DNA from: Candidatus Latescibacterota bacterium
GTDB taxonomy: Bacteria; Latescibacterota; UBA2968; UBA8231
Assembly (NCBI GenBank): GCA_965219385.1
Contig: CBDCNM010000002.1
Span: forward strand, 1,978,936 to 2,042,935
Reading direction: 5' to 3'
DNA length: 64,000 bases
Both the position numbers and the translations under genes were made by a program. The notes beneath the pieces are model-generated. The model was not told the origin of the DNA. It worked only from the letters and a program-made list of their open reading frames with translations, and ran no database searches. Shown here piece after piece: positions 56,347 through 64,000 of this stretch (position 1 is its first letter; each line of letters starts with the position of its first letter).

Positions 56347-57363
56347 ATGACCAACCCCGCAAAAGAAAAAATCCGCTGGGGCATCCTCAGCACCGCCAAC
56401 ATCGCCACCAAAGTGGCGCGCGGCATCGACCTGGCGGAAAACGCCGAACTGATCGCCATTGCCAGCCGCGACCAGGAACGCGCCTCCTCCTGGGCCGCCG
56501 AACACGGCCCGGAACGCGCCTATGGAAGCTATGAGGCCCTCCTCGAAGACCCGGAAATAGACGCCGTGTACATCCCCCTCCCCCCATCCATGCACCGGGA
56601 ATGGACCATCAAAGCAGCACAACACTCCAAACACATCCTGTGCGAAAAACCCCTGGCCGTCAGCGCTGCACAAGCCCGCGAAATGGCCGCGGTCTGCAAG
56701 GAGAACAAGGTGCAGCTGATGGACGGAGTCATGTGGGTGCACCACGAACGCACCGAGGAGATGAAAAACCTCCTCGGCGCCGGCAGCCTCGGCGACCTGC
56801 GGCGGGTCACCTCTGCGTTTTCGTTCAACGGCAATCTGCAGGGCACGGACAATATCCGGGTGCAAAAGCAACTCGGCGCCGGCAGCCTGGGGGATCTGGG
56901 CTACTACTGCGTCCGCGCCAGCCTCTGGGCCTTCGACGAGATGCCGACCAGGGTCTACGCCACGGCCCGCTTTTACAACGAGGTGGTTTTCAACCTGTCG
57001 GGCCTGCTCTGGTTCACAGAGGAGCGCCTGGCCGCCTTCGACTGTGGTTTCGATACCGTCAGCCGCAAGTGGCTCGAAGTAGCCGGCACCACGGCCTCGC
57101 TGGTCTGCGACGATTTCGTCGTTCCCCACCTCGAAGCACTGGCGCGCTACTGGATCCACGGCAGTGGCGGTAAGGCCGACTCCAGCCACTCGGTCCAGGC
57201 CTGCATCCAGGAAGTGCGCATGATCGAACGCTTCTCGGACATGGTGCGCTCCGGAGAGCTGGAGGAAGACTGGCCCAGCGCGGCGCTCGCTACCATGCAG
57301 GTGTGCGATGCCCTGCTCGAATCCGCCCAGCAGGACAAAATAACACAACTCTCAACACCCTGA
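56347..57363 (+). CDS. Gfo/Idh/MocA family oxidoreductase
   Basis: IRWGILSTANIA, VYIPLP, HILCEKP, GSLGDLGYY. Confidence 0.93.
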   Translation: MTNPAKEKIRWGILSTANIATKVARGIDLAENAELIAIASRDQERASSWAAEHGPERAYGSYEALLEDPEIDAVYIPLPPSMHREWTIKAAQHSKHILCEKPLAVSAAQAREMAAVCKENKVQLMDGVMWVHHERTEEMKNLLGAGSLGDLRRVTSAFSFNGNLQGTDNIRVQKQLGAGSLGDLGYYCVRASLWAFDEMPTRVYATARFYNEVVFNLSGLLWFTEERLAAFDCGFDTVSRKWLEVAGTTASLVCDDFVVPHLEALARYWIHGSGGKADSSHSVQACIQEVRMIERFSDMVRSGELEEDWPSAALATMQVCDALLESAQQDKITQLSTP

Positions 57364-57370
57364 GGAAGAC

Positions 57371-58255
57371 ATGGCCATGTCCGCAGCCAACCAGACCTCT
57401 CCCCAACCCCTCATCTTCGAACAAAGCCGCGTGGGCTACGTGGATATCGACGCAATTGACCTGCCCCGGAACAACACCGAAGGCAAGCCCGTAATCAACC
57501 CCACCCCGGAACAAAAGTACCTCTTCGACACCCAGGGCTGGTTGCTGGTGCCGGGGCTGCTGAGCAAGGCTGAAGTCGAGGAGATGCGGGCCTTCTGCTA
57601 CCGTTTGCAGCGGGAACCCGAATCCCTGCCCGAGCCCCAGCGCTCCCCCATCGCCGGCCCTTTGGAGCGACTCACCGACCATCCCTTCATCGTCGGCTTC
57701 ATGAACGAGTTCCTGGCCCATCCCGACCTTTCCAGCCAGGACTGCTACGGCTTCCGCATGGAATCCAGTTCCCTGTGCATCCGCCCGGCCGGCGAAGGAG
57801 CATTCGCACCGCACAACGGCAATGGAATTTTGCGCCTGCCCGGCGATGGGCACAACTACCGCTGCATCCCCGGCAAGGCCCGCAGCAGCCTGACCTGCGT
57901 GGTCTGGGAGTTGAACCAGATCGACGGCGGGGGCGGTACCCTGCTCCTCAGCGGCAGCCACAAGGCCGCCTTCCCCCTGCCCGAATCCGCCCAAGACCCC
58001 GACTCGTCCCTGTGGACCCGGTACGAGTGCCCGGCCGGTTCCCTGCTCATCTTCGCCGAAAGTACCACCCACTCGGCCTCGCCCTGGGCCAGCGCGGAGC
58101 AAGATAGGGTCGCCATCTTCAGCCGCTACAACTACGTGGACAGCAAGTGGCACAAGTGGCAGCCCCATCCCGATCTGCTCGAATCCTTGCCGCCCAAGCG
58201 CCGCACCCTCTTCCGGCCCGTCCACGTCGAAGCCAACCTGGTTGATCCGGTCTGA
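57371..58255 (+). CDS. Phytanoyl-CoA dioxygenase (PhyH) family protein
   Basis: QKYLFDTQGWL, PHNG, VWEL, SGSHKA, AGSLLIFAESTTH. Confidence 0.85.
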   Translation: MAMSAANQTSPQPLIFEQSRVGYVDIDAIDLPRNNTEGKPVINPTPEQKYLFDTQGWLLVPGLLSKAEVEEMRAFCYRLQREPESLPEPQRSPIAGPLERLTDHPFIVGFMNEFLAHPDLSSQDCYGFRMESSSLCIRPAGEGAFAPHNGNGILRLPGDGHNYRCIPGKARSSLTCVVWELNQIDGGGGTLLLSGSHKAAFPLPESAQDPDSSLWTRYECPAGSLLIFAESTTHSASPWASAEQDRVAIFSRYNYVDSKWHKWQPHPDLLESLPPKRRTLFRPVHVEANLVDPV

Positions 58256-58269
58256 AAGGAGAGCCTGCC

Positions 58270-59631
58270 GTGGAATGCTGGATTTTCGCCCACATCCCCA
58301 TCGAAAACTGGATCGACCGCTGGATATCCAACTACAGGACCATCTTCGACGCCTGGGAGGACGGCGGGGTGCGCGGCCTGGTGGTGGGCCGCCTGCGGAT
58401 TGTGCGGGAAGACGGCTCCTATGCCCGCGCCTTTGCCCCCGATCCCAGGGTCTACAAAGCCTTAGGGGTGAGCCCGCCCGAGGATGGACCCGTCGATCCG
58501 AAAAAGGAAAAGAAGCTGCGCGAAATCCTCGACAACGCCGCCGCGCGCGGCTGGCCTATCACCACCTTCGACGCGCCCGGCGGCGGCTCCCGCCCCCCGG
58601 AGGAAGACCCCTACGGCGAGTTCCGCTTTGCCGCTGCGGTCCAGGACCTGGCCCGGGCTTTTCCCCAGGTGAACGGCGTCATCGTGGACGGCCCCCGGGA
58701 GCAGCACTACGAACTGGCCTGGCACCACGGCAGCGAACTGTTCCAGACCCGCGTCAAAGACGGTTTTGAGCACCTGGGATACGATCTCGACCGCCTGGAG
58801 CGCGGCATTGCCCATCTGCGCCAGCGCTTCCACCACCTCACCCCCGATATGGTGCGCTACCACGCTCCGGGCGGATTGCTGGCCGGCCTCATCCTCTTCG
58901 ACGTCAACGAGGACGCTCTCTACTGGCTGCGCGCCCGCCAGGAAGTGGGTCTGGGCATGGCCGCCAGTTTGCGCCAGGCCATTGACCGGGTGGATCGCAA
59001 AATGGAGCTGGGCCTCATCCCGCGCATCACCGCCTTTTCTTCGCTCACCGGCCAGAACTACCAGCAGATGGCGCCCCACCTCGACTACATCTTCCCCAAG
59101 CACTACTACTGGCACCGCGGCTTCGACGGCCTGTACGGCACCGTGCAACGCTGGGTCCAGAAGTTTGTGGAGTGGAACCCTTCCCTGACGGAAGAAGACG
59201 GCTTTGCCCTGGTCAAGTCCCTGTTCGGGCTGGAATTGCCGGGCATTCACTCCTTGCTGGATATGGAGATGGGGTTTCCGGACGAGTTCTTCTCCGAGGT
59301 GGTCCACAACCAGACCCGGCGCGCCCTGGACGCGGTCGGGGACGACGACAAGGTCATCTTCTGGGTGTCGGCCTCATCCCGCCGGCCCCACGATGGTGAT
59401 GCCATGCCGGCCCGCGATCTGCACGGCATCCTGCAGGCCACCAAAGACGCCGGCGGCAAACGCTTCCTCTTCCACCCGGAGCCCGACATCAATGCGCCCG
59501 CCTGGCACGTGATTTCCCGCGTGTGCGGCAATCCCTGGAACGAGGCTACAAGCCCCTACTGGCCGGCGGATACCTGGCGGGAAGACATCGAGGGCTACGG
59601 GACTTTTCGCTCGGCGCAAAGTAAAAAATGA
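58270..59631 (+). CDS. Hypothetical protein (possible TIM-barrel hydrolase), paralogue 1
   Basis: GTG start with GGAG SD; strongly similar to 59661-60941. Confidence 0.8.
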   Translation: MECWIFAHIPIENWIDRWISNYRTIFDAWEDGGVRGLVVGRLRIVREDGSYARAFAPDPRVYKALGVSPPEDGPVDPKKEKKLREILDNAAARGWPITTFDAPGGGSRPPEEDPYGEFRFAAAVQDLARAFPQVNGVIVDGPREQHYELAWHHGSELFQTRVKDGFEHLGYDLDRLERGIAHLRQRFHHLTPDMVRYHAPGGLLAGLILFDVNEDALYWLRARQEVGLGMAASLRQAIDRVDRKMELGLIPRITAFSSLTGQNYQQMAPHLDYIFPKHYYWHRGFDGLYGTVQRWVQKFVEWNPSLTEEDGFALVKSLFGLELPGIHSLLDMEMGFPDEFFSEVVHNQTRRALDAVGDDDKVIFWVSASSRRPHDGDAMPARDLHGILQATKDAGGKRFLFHPEPDINAPAWHVISRVCGNPWNEATSPYWPADTWREDIEGYGTFRSAQSKK

Positions 59632-59660
59632 CCACATAAATCCTTTCAAGGAGACCTATC

Positions 59661-60941
59661 ATGAATTGCTGGATTTTCGTCTTCAACCCGCTCGAACGCT
59701 ACATGGCCGATTACAAACACATCTTCGACGCCTGGGAGGACGGCGGGGTGCGCGGCATTGTGGTGGGCCGGATGTTCTTCACGCAGGACGACGGCACCCA
59801 GGTCCCGGCCTTTGCCCAGGATCCCAAGGCCTATGAGGCTCTGGGCCTGGAGCCGCCTGAGGAACAACCCCGCGCTCCAGAAAAGGAAAAGGCCCTCGGC
59901 GCCATGCTGGACGACGCTGCCGGACGTGGATGGCCCATCATGGTCTTCAATAGTGGCACCACGGCCCACGTGCAGAGCCTGGTCAACACCTACCCCCAGG
60001 TCGACGGCGTCATCGTGGACGGCCCCGGCGAAAACCACTACGAATTGGCCTGGCACCACGGCGGCGAGTTGTTCCAGATCCGCGCTGGCGAGCACGAGCA
60101 ATTCTCCAGCCTGGGTTTTGAGCTCGACCGTCTGGAGCGCGGCATCGCCCATCTGCGCCAGCGCTTCCACCACCTCACCCCCGATATGGTGCGCTACCAC
60201 GCCCCGGGCGGCATGCTGGCCGGCCTCATCCTTTTCGACATCGATGAAGACGCCCTCTACTGGCTGCGCGCCCGCCAGGAAAAATCCCTCAAATCCTGGC
60301 AACAGGCCCGCGCCGATCTCGACGAGGTGGATCGCTACGTGAAACTGGGCGGCATCCCGCGCATCACCTCCTTTTCTTCGCTCACCGGCCAGAACTACCA
60401 GCAGATGCCGCCCTATTTCGACTATATCTTCCCCAAGCACTACTACTGGCACCGCGGCTTCGACGGCCTGTACGGCACCGTGCAGCGCTGGGTCCAGAAA
60501 TTCATCGAGTGGAACCCCTCCCTGAGCGAAGAAGACAGCTTCGCCCTGGTCCAGTCCCTGTTCGGCCTCGAACTGCCAGGGGTGCGCTCGCTTTACGACC
60601 TGGAGATGGGGTTTCCGGACGAGTTTTTCTCCGAGTTGGTCTACAGCGAGACCCGGCGCGCCCTGGATGCCATCCAGGACGACGACAAGGTTATCTTCTG
60701 GGTGTCCACCGGACGCAGCCCCCACGCCGGCGATTCCATGACCGCCCGCGATCTGCAGGGCATCCTGCAGGCTACCAAAGACGCCGGCGGCAAACGCTTC
60801 CTCTTCCACCCGGACCCGAACCCGGGCGCGCCCGAGTGGAGCGTGATCACCCGGATATGCGGCAAACAGTGGAGCCAATCACGGGATGGCTACTGGCCTT
60901 CCGACACCCCCAAACCCGACGAGTATCTCAGAGACGGCTGA
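59661..60941 (+). CDS. Hypothetical protein (possible TIM-barrel hydrolase), paralogue 2
   Basis: AAGGAG SD; shares IFDAWEDGGVRG, VIVDGP, IFPKHYYWHRGFDGLYGTVQRW. Confidence 0.8.
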   Translation: MNCWIFVFNPLERYMADYKHIFDAWEDGGVRGIVVGRMFFTQDDGTQVPAFAQDPKAYEALGLEPPEEQPRAPEKEKALGAMLDDAAGRGWPIMVFNSGTTAHVQSLVNTYPQVDGVIVDGPGENHYELAWHHGGELFQIRAGEHEQFSSLGFELDRLERGIAHLRQRFHHLTPDMVRYHAPGGMLAGLILFDIDEDALYWLRARQEKSLKSWQQARADLDEVDRYVKLGGIPRITSFSSLTGQNYQQMPPYFDYIFPKHYYWHRGFDGLYGTVQRWVQKFIEWNPSLSEEDSFALVQSLFGLELPGVRSLYDLEMGFPDEFFSELVYSETRRALDAIQDDDKVIFWVSTGRSPHAGDSMTARDLQGILQATKDAGGKRFLFHPDPNPGAPEWSVITRICGKQWSQSRDGYWPSDTPKPDEYLRDG

Positions 60942-61022
60942 TTGTCACAGAGGATAGGGCTCCTTCAGGCAGGACGTATTCTATTCCCGGACCACATTTC
61001 CACCCGAATTCCGCTGCCGACC

Positions 61023-62663
61023 ATGACACCACTGAGAAAAATCCACCCTGCTGCCGAAGAGGCCCACAGCGCTCTGTGTCGGGACGGAATAAGCCGGCGC
61101 GAGTTCGTGCGCCTGGCCACCCTGCTCGGCGTCTCCGCGGCTGCCGCGCACACTCTGGCCGCATGCGGCGGCGAGGAGCCCGCCCGCCGGCCGGCCCCCT
61201 CGTCCGCCCTCAAGCGCGGCGGCACCATGAAGATCGGCTCCGCGGTCCAGCGCCTCGACCACCCCGCCCGTCTCTCCTGGGTGGAAGGCGCCAACCAGCT
61301 GCGCCAGGTGGCCGAGTACCTGACCGAAACCGGGTCCGACAACATCACCCGGCCCTGGCTCCTGGAGCGCTGGGAGGCCGACCAGGAGGTCAAAACCTGG
61401 ACCTTGTACCTGCGCCGGGGCATCCGCTTCAACAACGGCGACGAGCTGCAGGCCGACGATGTAATCTTCAACCTCAATCAATGGCTCGATCCCGCTACCG
61501 GATCTTCTGTGCTGGGGCTGATGTCCTACCTCGACCGCAACAACATCGAGAAGGTGGACGACTACACCATCCGCCTGCACCTGAACCAGCCGCAGATCGC
61601 CGTGCCCGAGCACCTCTTCCACTATCCGGCGCTGATTCTTCACCGCGGCTTTGAAGGGGACTTCCTCAAGCAACCCGTCGGCACCGGTCCATTTGAGCTG
61701 GTCGAATACACCGAGACCGAACGGGTCATCCTGCAGCGGCGTACAGAGTACTGGAAGTTGGGTGCCGACGGCCAGCCCTTGCCCTACCTCGACCGGCTCA
61801 TCTACCTGGACCTGGAGCCGGACGCCCGCGTCGCCGCCATGCAGTCCGGCCAGATCGACTCCATCTACCAGCCGCGCCCCTCCGACTGGCAGGCCCTCAA
61901 AGACATGCCCGGCCTCCAGGTCCGTCCCGTGAGCACGGCCCAGGCCTTTGTGGTGCGCATGCGGGTGGACCTGCCGCCGTGGAACGACGTGCGGGTGCGC
62001 ACTGCCCTCAAGCTGTGCCAGGACCGCGAAAAGATCCTGCGCCTCGCTTATTTCGGCCAGGGCGACCTGGGCCCGGACGCCCACGTGGCCCCGGTCCACC
62101 CGTCCTACTGCGAAAAGGACCTGCCCGGGTACGACCCCCAAAAAGCCCGGCTCCTGCTGACGGAAGCCGGTCACCCGGAAGGTCTCAAGGTGAAACTCTC
62201 CACCAAAAACGACATGGCCGAGCCGGAAATCGCCCAGGCCCTCAAGGAAATGGCCGCGCCCGGCGGCTTCGACATCCAGCTGGATATCGTCGAGCCCTCC
62301 AACTACTGGGAGCGCTGGACCGAGGTGGACCTGGGGATTACCGCCTGGACCCACCGGCCGCTGGGCACCATGGTCCTGGCCCTGGCCTACACCGCCGACA
62401 AAGACGGCACGCCCGTGCCCTGGAACGAAACCCGCTGGGTCAACGCCGAATTCGACCGGCTCTTGCGCCAGGCCGAGCGCACCCTCGACGTGGAGGCGCG
62501 CCGCCAGGTCATGTGCCGCATCGAAGACATCATGCAGGAGCGCGGCCCCATCGGCATCCCCTTCTGGCGTCGGGTCTGGAACATCACCCGCTCGGAGTTC
62601 GAGAACATCAGGGCGCACCCGACCAGCTACGACCTGTTCTGCGACGTCTGGAAAAACACCTGA
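61023..62663 (+). CDS. ABC transporter substrate-binding protein, family 5 (Tat lipoprotein)
   Basis: SRREFVR twin-arginine motif, LAAC lipobox, LRRGIRFNNG, PVGTGPF, PWNDVRVRTAL. Confidence 0.93.
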   Translation: MTPLRKIHPAAEEAHSALCRDGISRREFVRLATLLGVSAAAAHTLAACGGEEPARRPAPSSALKRGGTMKIGSAVQRLDHPARLSWVEGANQLRQVAEYLTETGSDNITRPWLLERWEADQEVKTWTLYLRRGIRFNNGDELQADDVIFNLNQWLDPATGSSVLGLMSYLDRNNIEKVDDYTIRLHLNQPQIAVPEHLFHYPALILHRGFEGDFLKQPVGTGPFELVEYTETERVILQRRTEYWKLGADGQPLPYLDRLIYLDLEPDARVAAMQSGQIDSIYQPRPSDWQALKDMPGLQVRPVSTAQAFVVRMRVDLPPWNDVRVRTALKLCQDREKILRLAYFGQGDLGPDAHVAPVHPSYCEKDLPGYDPQKARLLLTEAGHPEGLKVKLSTKNDMAEPEIAQALKEMAAPGGFDIQLDIVEPSNYWERWTEVDLGITAWTHRPLGTMVLALAYTADKDGTPVPWNETRWVNAEFDRLLRQAERTLDVEARRQVMCRIEDIMQERGPIGIPFWRRVWNITRSEFENIRAHPTSYDLFCDVWKNT

Positions 62664-62675
62664 TAGGAAGGCTTC

Positions 62676-63974
62676 ATGCCGGGTTTTGTGCTGCGCAATC
62701 TGGTGTCGATGCTGGGGACCATGGCGCTGGTCTCGCTGGCGCTCTTCGCGCTCCTCGAAGCGGGCAGCGGCGACGTCACCAAGAAGATCCTCGGCGCCTT
62801 TGCCACTCCCGAGCAAAGGGTCTCGTACCGGGCCCAGCTCGGCCTCGATCAGCCCCTGTGGCTGCGCTACGCGACCTGGCTGGCCGGCAACGACTGGTGG
62901 GTCCAGGACCGCGTCGGCCGGCCTTTGCGCCGGGTTTTAAATCCGCACACCCACGAGCCCGAGTGGTGGGCCGACGACGAGGGCCATCTGACCCGCTGGA
63001 AGATGGAAGAGGGGCGACTGATCGCCCTGCGTCGCCGGCCCGACGGCTCGACCCGGACGGATAGCGCCGACCACCTGTGGCGGCAGGGTGCGGATAACTC
63101 GCAGTTCTTCTGGGGGGTCGATCTCCACAACCGCGCCGTCAGGTGGGTGCGCGGCACCGGCGCCCAAACCTGGGTCCTGACCCCGGCCGGCTTCCGCCTA
63201 GAAGGCGACGGTCCCCAGGACTACATCCCCCTGCAAAAGGGCTTGCTGCGCGGCGACCCCGGACAATCCCTGCGCACCGGCCGCCCGGTCGAGGCGACCC
63301 TCTTTCCGCGCCTGCGCAACACCGCTATCCTGGCGGGCCTGGCCTTTGTCTCGATCATGCCGCTGGCCCTCTTGCTGGGCGTGGTCGCCGGCATCCTCGC
63401 CGGCCGTCTGCCCGACCGGATCCTGTCCATCGGCAGCCTGATCGCCACGGCCACCCCGGAATTCGTCACCGGGATTTTCCTGATTCTCATCTTCGGCATC
63501 TGGCTCCAGGCCCTGCCGGCAGTCTCGGTCTTCCTGGACAAGGACGCGGTCTTCCAGGATCCCCGGCTGCTGGTGCTGCCCGTGCTCACCCTCACCGCCG
63601 TCGAGCTGGGGTACATCATCCGCATGACCCGCTCCAGCATGATCCAGGTGATGCAGAGCCCCTATATCCGCACCGCCATCCTCAAAGGCCTGCCCCTGCG
63701 GCGCGTGGTCCTGCGCCACGCCCTGCGCCACGCCCTGATCGCTCCCATCACGGCGATCATGCTGCACGTCAACTGGCTGATCGGCGGGCTGGTGGTGGTC
63801 GAAGCGGTCTTCGGCTATCCGGGGTTGGGCCTGTACATCTACGACTCGGCCCTGTTCGGGGATTTCAACGCGGTCGAGGCCGCGGCCATGCTCCTGGTCG
63901 GCATTGCGGTCCTCACCCGCCTGATCGGCGATCTGGCCTACACCTATTTAAATCCGCGCATCCGCTTTGCCTAA
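62676..63974 (+). CDS. ABC transporter permease (DppB/OppB-like) with enlarged extracytoplasmic loop
   Basis: LGLDQPLWLRY, GDPGQS, TPEF, RMTRSSM...YIRTAILKGL...HALRHAL, VVVEAVFGYPGLG, NPRIR. Confidence 0.93.
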   Translation: MPGFVLRNLVSMLGTMALVSLALFALLEAGSGDVTKKILGAFATPEQRVSYRAQLGLDQPLWLRYATWLAGNDWWVQDRVGRPLRRVLNPHTHEPEWWADDEGHLTRWKMEEGRLIALRRRPDGSTRTDSADHLWRQGADNSQFFWGVDLHNRAVRWVRGTGAQTWVLTPAGFRLEGDGPQDYIPLQKGLLRGDPGQSLRTGRPVEATLFPRLRNTAILAGLAFVSIMPLALLLGVVAGILAGRLPDRILSIGSLIATATPEFVTGIFLILIFGIWLQALPAVSVFLDKDAVFQDPRLLVLPVLTLTAVELGYIIRMTRSSMIQVMQSPYIRTAILKGLPLRRVVLRHALRHALIAPITAIMLHVNWLIGGLVVVEAVFGYPGLGLYIYDSALFGDFNAVEAAAMLLVGIAVLTRLIGDLAYTYLNPRIRFA

Positions 63975-64000
63975 CCCCTTTTGCCAGGAGGTCGCCCATT

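Noticed and set aside
1..64000. tRNA, rRNA, integrase, reverse transcriptase or hsdR genes
   Set aside because: None recognised by eye or in the ORF track; a tRNAscan/Rfam run was not possible

Overview
GC-rich bacterial window. The gene content (TonB receptors, three Gfo/Idh/MocA and two PhyH genes, a TPR protein, a halogenase) resembles Latescibacterota-like or sponge-associated heterotrophs; this is inference only. Metabolic blocks are lutABC; a TonB receptor/aryl-CoA ligase/flavin halogenase operon; a metal-uptake locus headed by a RAPP-ending leader ORF; a dehydrogenase/2x CE7 esterase/racemase/DUF3830 operon; an ATP-grasp/alpha-E/transglutaminase trio; and, at the right end, oxidoreductases, two tandem paralogous unknown proteins and a peptide-type ABC transporter. 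These alternate with accessory DNA: a decayed attC-like cassette region (13.1-15.2 kb) and a large mobile/defence region (about 27.4-49.5 kb). Best candidates for new biology: (1) a coupled pair of a 1778-aa STAND-type ATPase and a degenerate P-loop protein ending in a HEPN RxxxxH motif, bracketed by identical 82-bp IS91/ISCR ends; (2) those IS ends acting as portable sigma70 promoters upstream of three unrelated loci; (3) a CruR/DUF2946-like arrest peptide with a His-rich CxxH site upstream of a ZnuD-like receptor; (4) a collapsed type I R-M locus that keeps an MNT-HsdS fusion next to a Swt1-like HEPN gene, with repeated hsdS 3' tails. Also present are a 148-bp MITE with a 6-bp target duplication and three TA modules whose toxins are reduced to stubs.
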